Shown here in pieces: positions 36,701 through 45,700 of a DNA stretch of 64,000 nt. Source of the DNA: Octopus bimaculoides. Its lineage: Eukaryota. The translations under genes were made by a program, and so were the position numbers. Each line of letters begins with the position of its first letter. The first letter of the stretch is position 1. The stretch lies in assembly GCF_001194135.2 (NCBI RefSeq), contig NC_068986.1:64815257-64879256 (forward strand). Reading direction: 5' to 3'. Below the pieces are notes generated by a model. The model had not been told where the DNA came from. It saw only the letters and a list, made by a program, of their open reading frames with translations, and made no database searches.

Positions 36701-39700
36701 ACACAATCATGTCTGCTCTAATTGTCTATTTTTAGTTCAGGATTGGAAAGATAGTAAATAAAGCTATGATGATTGCAGTGTCTATTGTAGTATCTTTTAT
36801 TAAGATATCTTTTCTTATTCATCTTGTTTGTTAGGGAGAGAGAGAAGGGATGATCAAATTTGCTTGGTGATATGATTCTGAATTTGATCCCATTGCATGG
36901 GACCTTAAGCAAATGTCTTTTATCAAGGCTTCTAGTTGATCCAATCCCCTTGTGAAATTGGGTAGGCAGAAACCCTGTAGAAACTTGACAGACTACATAG
37001 TCTTTAGTCATAGAGCTAATTTGTATCAAATTAATATCACCCCTGAACTTGGATCAGCTTTCTAGTCTATAGGTAACTTGATATTTTCCTACTATGACAT
37101 TCTATAGGCTTGTTTCTTCCACTTGTTGTGGAGGCTTTGGAAATGTCATGGGTGTTGCTCTTTCTCTCTGCTTTAGGGCTGAATCAGGACATGAAAATAT
37201 TGTCAGTTGATAGCTATTTTCACCTCAATCAGGTATTGAACTACTAACATATTGAGAGTGTTTGAATTTGCTGGAGGTATCTTTTGATGTTGAAAACTTG
37301 TTAACTCTGCACACCTTAGTTCACTTTTGGCAAAGATATCTTCAATAATACATATTTTACTATGAAGAAGCAATCATTTCATTAGCTTAAGGTTACTAAG
37401 CTTTTTTGATACCAATCGACCTCTGATTCTGTCAAACAAAACTTAGTTCATTTAAAATGATCATGCTTAATTTAAATCTTTTTATCCTAACCTTAACACT
37501 AATAACCTGTCATTATGTTCCAGCTTTATAATGAGAAAAAGTTATTAAATCTGTCCTTATATTTTTTATTGTTTTCAAATTTAATAGGCACTCATAGGAA
37601 ATGCTTTTCATTAGAGATATAATGAAAGGGTTAAACCAGGCCTAAACATTTACCATTCTAGGGTTTACAGTGTTTCTAAATCTCACTTTTATTGTTCTTC
37701 ATTTACCTGTTAATTTCTTATTACTTGAATTTTACTCTTGGTTTTTAAAAACCCTTTGACTCCATTCTTGTCTGGGCCTGTACAAGTGGGCTGTATGTAG
37801 AGAGGTGATAATCTTCCATTCTCTATAAGTTTTTCATTTTCTCACCTGTAGGTATCCAATGCTGTACATATAATGAATTCCATTATGGCTTTTCTGTTCA
37901 TGTTGCTCACCTTAATATTTACTTATCCATTCTCAAAACTGCTTTACAAGGTGGTTTGCCCAGTAACATCACCTATGAATGCCACTAATCCAGAACTCAG
38001 CCTTGTAGACTATACTGTGTCAGATGGTAAGTTTATTGCTGATTTCATTATTTTATAATTATGCAACAATGTCCATTTTCTTTTGTTGGTTTGTCTTTGG
38101 TTGTGATTTTTAAGTTTTCTCTTGAATAGTTGTTAGTTAATAATTGCAATCAGGAAGGAGAATTCCAAAGGGCTAATATTCTGGGAAGAAAATACTGCGT
38201 GTAAATGGTTAGTGCTTCACTTACAAGAGTGAATATAGTGGAAGGTAAGAGGAGGAGAGATGAGTAAGTCAGGAGTGTTGGGGTAGACAAGGTGTGAAAC
38301 CAATTAAGTCTGAGCAGTAGAGGCCATTTTAGCAGCTGTAGTAAAAGCAGAAATTCTTGATAGTACATCAGTGGACCAGAGGTTATGGTATGTTAGCTAG
38401 CTACTTCCTGTTAATCAGTTGGTTGGGGGATGCAGCTTCTGGATATGCAGTTTAGGATGTCTATATGTACAGCAATTGCAGCACTACTTCAGATGTAAGA
38501 GTAGTGCTATATTGACATAAAAGGATGCAACTTAGAATTAAATATTACAAGGTACTTTTGTTCAGCCAACCCTTGCTCACACAGATTATGTGCTGTTTCT
38601 GTTTACTAAAATCTCACTTGCAAAGTATTGTTGAAGTAAAACTACACTAAAGGGTACTCTCCCAAAATGCTGCACAATGGGATTCAACCTGGATCACAAT
38701 AGTTGCAAAGTGAACTTAGCCACACAGTTGATATTTAAATGTCTTAGTATAGCAAGTCATTAGTATTATAGTATTTAAGAAGCTGGCAGAATCGTTTGCA
38801 TGCCAGACAAAATGCTTAGTAGTGTTGTCTGTCTCTGTTCTGAGTTTAAATTCTGCTGAGGTTGACTTTGTCTTTCATCCTTCTGGAGTCAATAAAGTAT
38901 GTACCAGTTGAGCACTGTGGTCAATGAAATCGACTAACCCCCACCCCGAAATTGCTGGCCTTGTGCCAAAACTTGAAACCAATATTATAGTATTTGACAC
39001 TAATGAACTCTCAACAACCCAATGTGCATGTGAGTTGGATATTGTTGGCCGTTAAACTACAGGAGCATTGTAATATTGATAAATATTTCACTAAGTTGTA
39101 GTTTAAGTCAGTCTGTGAAGAAGGATGAATTCTGTCAGAACCAGATTGAAGACTTTAGTATGTGATGAATTACAGGAATCACTGTCATCAATTTTACAAT
39201 AAAACTTTCTTCTTTCAAGCCAAGAAGTGAATCTGTAGATCAAGGTTTAGCAAGAAATGGACTTTATATATTTTTAAAAAATATTTCAAATCCAGTGCAT
39301 TTTCGTGCCATTCAGCAGTCAGTCAGCTAGTATTTTGTTACGATTTAATTTTTGCCTATATAAGCATTGTCAGTGATGTAAATGGTGGTGGGGATATTCT
39401 TATATGTAAGATTTGATATGATTTACTTTTAAGACAGTGACAAATGTAAAAAGAAATATCAAATCTGGATCACTATGAAAAATTACTGATCCTTGTTCAA
39501 GACAATAATTCATCTTGTAACCAGAAGTGCTGCAGCTGTGACTATCCTCTCCCCTTTTTTTTATATCTGAGACTGATATACAAAAAGATGTGTTAATCAT
39601 GGGCCTGCTCAATCAGGAACAAACTGGGATTAAACAACAACATCTTTGTTTACCATGTTAATATTCCCTTTTTATCTGTGGTTAATGTAGGGGATGATTT

Positions 39701-42700
39701 ATTCATTTGTGGAAATATTGCTGGTGCTTTGTAGTTTTATAGTTGGACGAATGGAGTGAAAGTAGATTATATTTGTCAGCCAGGCAGACTGATTTAGAAT
39801 ATTATGTTCTTTTCTAGGAAGTACAGGATGATACGTTACAGCACTTATAATAACATGTGATGCCCTAATTGTGTAATTGTCTCTGATTGTATATTATTTC
39901 CAAACTATTACTATCATCTAGTAGCTGGGTGGAATCATTAGTGTCGGGGGGGAAAAAATGTCCCCAATATCTGAGTATTTTGAGTGGTACTTAGTAATGA
40001 ATTCTAATTTTGGCATATGACCGCAATTATTAGAGACTGTAGAATCTATTGTAAAAATCATTTTACTGCCTGTCTTTGACTGGACACGACAAGTATTGTT
40101 TATCTGTCTGGTGGCCTTAGTGAAATGGGTTGTGAAGCAGATAAGATTGTAAGGGTTGATAAAGTTTCATTTATAAAGGAAATTGAGGCTAAAGAAAGAA
40201 GTGCTGCATTCCAGCAAATTTGTTGAAAGGTGAGTGAGAGTGGCAAGGATGGTACAAGTGAACTGACTTGCTCTGAGCATGCACGTTTAGATTGAGCAAA
40301 AAGAATGGGCGGGGAGGGCACTTACTTTAATGGTTAGAGTGACCATGGTTTTGTGGGGTTTCCATGAACACACCTCCTTGGAGAATTATTCATTGTTAAA
40401 ATAATCTTGCTTCCTCATTGTTTTTGTTGTACATGTATAAACCCTCTGTATTTTTCCCATTATTTTATTAGTCTCTCTTGTATTGTTTTTATGTAGGTCC
40501 TTGTAGCAAAAAAAAAAAATTATTTACGTTTGACGGATATTTGTCCTCATCTTGTTTGTTGTTAACACAACATTTCGGCTGATATACCTTCCAGCCTTCA
40601 TCAGGTGTCCTGGGGGAAATTTCAAACCTGGGTTCTCATTCCTAACGTATTTTTCTAATGTAATTATTATTAATCAGGTCACTGCCTGGAATCGGACTCG
40701 GAATCTTGAGGTTAGTAGCCTTAACCACTACACCGTATGCCCGTGGTGTAGTGGTTAAGAGCACAGGCTACTAACCCCAAGATTCCAAGTCCGATTCCAT
40801 GCAGTGATCTGAATAATAATAAAAATACCTTAGGAATGAATGAGAACCCAGGTTCGAAATTTCCCCAGGGCACCTGATGAAGGCTGGAGAGTATATCAGC
40901 TGAAATGTTTACAACAAACAAGATGAGGACAAATATCCATCAAACGTAAATAATGTACATAATTCCTCATCTCTCAAATATAGAACTAAGATTATTATTA
41001 TTAATTATTCTTTGTATTCATTACCTGTGGTATGTTGTTTATAATTTCAGATGAAACCCTTGATGCTGATGTTTCAAGTGATTCTTATGGAGTTCCACTG
41101 GATAACTCTAATTCTGCAGAAAGCTGTTTTGAAGGTGATACTAGTGGTTGTGGTGCTTTTGATGAACCCGTTGATAACCAGTGTTTTGGGTAATTTTCAA
41201 ACCTTATCTGCATTGAATTTATGTTGACACTGCTTAATCACAGGTCAGCTCCTACTGAGCAAACCTTTGATCAAAAGTATATCAAAAGCCATGTCCATCC
41301 AATTTCTTTTTTCCAGATAGTGGACTTCATTATCCAATATGTCCCACCGCTTCTAAGAATATAAGCTGCAATCTGAGTGAGATCTAGCTGCTGTTTTTAG
41401 TGACTATATAAAGACCTCCTTGTTGCGTTGGCTTGCTGCTGCTGTTGTTATCAAACGGCTTTGTATAATAAATATGAATCACAGGATGGCTGTATTGTGA
41501 AGAAGCTTGCTTCCTAACCATGTGGTTTTGGTTATATACATATATATATATATGTACGAACAGCCATGCTACATGGCAGGGAAACATGGGCTGTGACTGC
41601 TGGGGACATGCGTAAGCTCGCAAGGAATGAAGCCAGTATGCTCCGCTGGATGTGTAATGTAAATGTGCATACCCGTCAGAGTGTAAGTATCTTGAGAGAA
41701 AAGCTGAACATAAGAAGCGTCAGTAGTGGTGTGCAAGAGAGACGATTGCGCTGGTTTGGACATGTGGTGAGAATGAATGAGGATAGCTGCGTGAAAAAGT
41801 GCCACTCCCTAACAGTTGAGGGAACCCGTGGAAGAGGTAGGCCCAGGAAGACCTGGGCTGAGGTGGTGAGGCAAGACCNNNNNNNNNNNNNNNNNNNNNN
41901 NNNNNNNNNNNNNNNNNNNNNNNNNNNNNNNNNNNNNNNNNNNNNNNNNNNNNNNNNNNNNNNNNNNNNNNNNNNNNNNNNNNNNNNNNNNNNNNNNNNN
42001 NNNNNNNNNNNNNNNNNACCCTCTACACTCTCTGAGTGGTTGGCGTTAGGAAGGGCATCCAGCTGTAGAAACTCTGCCAAATTAGATTGGAGCCTGGTGT
42101 AGCCATCCGGTTGCACCAGTCCTCAGTCAAATCGTCCAACCCATGCTAGCATGGAAAGCGGACGTTAAACGATGATGATGATATATATATATATATAATA
42201 TACGTATGTGCAGGCATGGCTGTGTGATAAGAAGCTTGCTTCCCACTCACATAATCCCAAGTTTAGTCCCACTGTGTTATTTCTTTACTACCCACAAGGG
42301 GCTACACACAGAGGAGACAGACAAACGGATTAAGTCGATTACATCGACCCCAGTGCGTAACTGGTACTTATTTAATCGACCCTGAAAGGATGAAAGGCAA
42401 AGTCGACCTCGGCGGAATTTGAACTCGGAACGTAGCGGCAGATGAAATACTGCTAAGCATTTCGCCCGGCTTGCTAATGTTTCTGCCAGCTCGCCGCCTG
42501 TGTGGCACCTTAGGCAAGTGTCTTCTACTATAGATTTGGGTCAGCCAAAACCTTGTGAGTAGATTGAGTAGACAGAAACTGAAAGAAATTCGTTTATATA
42601 TTTGTATATTTGGTATTTGTGTGTGTCTGTTTTCCCCCTCCCCCATCACTCACAAACGGTGTTGGTGTGTTTACATACCCGTAACTTAGCATTTCGGCAA

Positions 42701-45700
42701 AAGAAACAGATAGAATAACGGGGTTGATTTGTCCAATTAAAGCCCCTTCAAGATGGTGCTCCAGCATGATCGCAGTCAGATGATTGAAACTAAAGAATAT
42801 ATGTGTGTGTGTGTCTGTGTTTGAGAGTACACTTGTCTTTACCTCGTATTATGATTGTAAATGAGAATCATCATCATAGAAGCAATGTTATTTGTTTCCA
42901 GTCTTCCATGAAAAACATGTCTGACTGTGGGAAAATATTTCTTTACCTGGAAACAGGTGAGGGTTGGTAGCCGAAAGGGCATCTGGGCATAGAAAATTTG
43001 CCTCAATGAAATCCATCTGAACCATGTGAGTAAACTTCTTAATGACATGAACTTGACAGAAGAACGTATTGCATTAAATTCAACAGACAAGTGAATCAAT
43101 GGCTAGCAGTAGCCATAAACTTAGTGTTGTATGTAACAGTGTTATACCTAATATTAGTTGTTGTATTTCACCTATTTAGTTGCTGTGTTATCGTTTGTAA
43201 TTGTAGTATTATACCTAACTATATAGTTGTGGTGCTTTACCTAATTATACAGTTGAAATTTTACAGTGTCGTATCTATTCTACAGTTGCAGTGTTGTACC
43301 TTACCATATAGTTGCAGTTGGGTCAAATATATTTTACCACATTGGATTTTACAGGTACAGAGAAGTGTGTGACATCTCATATATGTAGAATCAAGTGTCT
43401 TATAGTGATATCATTATCTGACACTTATCAGACATAGCTATAAGGTTGAGCTGTTGATATCTTCATATACTTTGCTCTATAGATATCCATAAGTATCTTT
43501 AACTATACTGTAGTTAGTTCACATTGGCTATCAGTTGTAAGTGTATTACAATGTATTTTTATGTTACTAATTATGTTTTTGTTTCATGATTCATGTTGCT
43601 CTTCTTGTTTCAATGTTGTTAATCTTTGTATTTCATGTTTTTAAGCTCTTGTTTTTTGTGTGTTTAAACTCTTGTTTAAGCTATGTGCTGTTAATTCCTA
43701 TTTCATGTTCTATATTGCTATTTCCCACTCACCACTTTGATAAATCCTATACTCTACATTGCTAGATCTGTGTTCCCTGTTGCTGGTCTCTGAAACCAAT
43801 GTTTCTATTCCTTGCTAACGTCTACGTTTTACATTTGTTATTTCTTGTGTGCGATAATTCAGACTCCTGGATTTAGCTTTGTTAATCTCCATTTCATATT
43901 GCTAATCCCAGTGTTTTGATCTCTTATTTGGTTTGTTACTTTTCCAGGCAGAATCATAAGCAAAAAGCATACACAACTCCAATACTTCACCGAAAGAGGA
44001 TGTTATTTCACAATTCCTCAAAGTCAGCATCTCCAGGTTTCCCACGGAAGTTGGATCTTGTGTAAGTCTAATTCCTACACATTTTTGTAAATGTTGCATT
44101 TGCTGAATGGAAAAGTTGTCTTTGGTGAACAGCTGTATACCTATTGCAGTAACATGATGCTACATTGTTTAGTTATATCAGTGACTGTTATATAAAGATT
44201 ATTGTTATTGAGGTGTTTGAATGCAAAGTGGTTATAAGTTTCTTGAATAATGATAATTCCTTTCCTTTGCTCAGTGGGGCGTAGCTGAGGTCTTTAGATC
44301 TGAGTTGTTTTTCAGAGCCAAACATAATGAATGAGAGAAGTTGGGTGAAATGGGTTATTAAAGTTATATTTCTGACCTAAATATTATTTAATTCAAAGCT
44401 GTACCATTGTACTATAGTCTTCGGACAAAAGTTTTCTTAGTTCAATCTAAATGAGCTGCTAAATAAGATGTTCTTTACTGGTAGTTAGTTATTTTTGTGA
44501 AAAGGAGTCTGGTTGACATTCACATAGATTACTTGTATATTTTTCAGGCTTGTTTAAACCTATGATAAAACTAAAATCTGAATTTAGACGTTTTAAAAGG
44601 AAGTGATGCCTGAGTCATGGTTGGGTAAATGTTTGTTAGCTTCTTGACTGAATGCCTGACAGTTCGTATCCTGTGGCCATCATTGTAATTTGTTCTTAAA
44701 CAAATTCATCTAGCTGTTGATAAGATTTTTTTTTTCTCTTTCTGTAAGTGGTGCTCACCTTGTAGCAAGCATACATAGTGTATCATTGGTTTGCAGCATT
44801 GAGTGTAAATGCTCTCATGGCCTCAGGGTAGGATAAGAAATTTGTGCACGTGTATTCTCCTTTGAGTCACTACACAATAGATTTGGGCAGATTTTTGCTT
44901 TTGTGATATTTATTTATTTTTTTTTTTTCTCATCCTTATTTTTAGGTCTTCTTCATCACCAAAACCTGTTAATACTGTAATGGAGGGTGACGGCAAGGAA
45001 AACCGACCAGCCACACCAGTTATGCTACTTGATGAAGTACGGCCAATTGAGCCAAGAAACTTACTTGGGGCAAGTGTTTTATCATACCATTTGATAATAT
45101 TGATAGCTTGGGTTATTGACAAGTTAAGTGTTTTGGTTTGTATTGTTGCTGTTATAAGGAAATATATATTTATAGACTAGTGCTATATGGCAGATTATAG
45201 GTTGCTGGTGATAGAAGTTCACCAGCCATGTTTGATTAACCATAGCTAGAATGTGACATGTCTCAGTTCCTTAAGCTAAATGCCTACTTGAAGAAGGCAT
45301 CAGGTAATCACTCCTGTGATTCTGGTCCTTCCTAATAGCCATAAATGCTATCAAATTAACATAGTTGACAGAACTTTGGATAGAATTCCTTGCAGTATTT
45401 GTTCTGGCTAACTGAGCTCTAAGTTCAAATCTTGCTGTGGTCAACTTTACCTTTCGTTCTTTCAGGGATAAATAGCAGGTGGTGGATTTGTAGAATTGTT
45501 ATATTATTTTGTTCATTCCGTTATGACTCACTTGGTATGAAAGATCTGCATAGAAGAGCTTTTTGGCTTTACTGTGATAAGAGGTTGTAAAATTCGTTTT
45601 TGGAGTATTCTCAGAAGCTATTGATGGTGAAAGTGTTTAATTTCCTCTTGTTTCACAGCTGAGTTTCAGTAGATATAATGATACCTTTAAATTGACAAAT

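Noticed and set aside
40735-40810. tRNA gene
   Set aside because: It has only A/B-box-like segments, with no acceptor stem or terminator. It is the head of a repeat.
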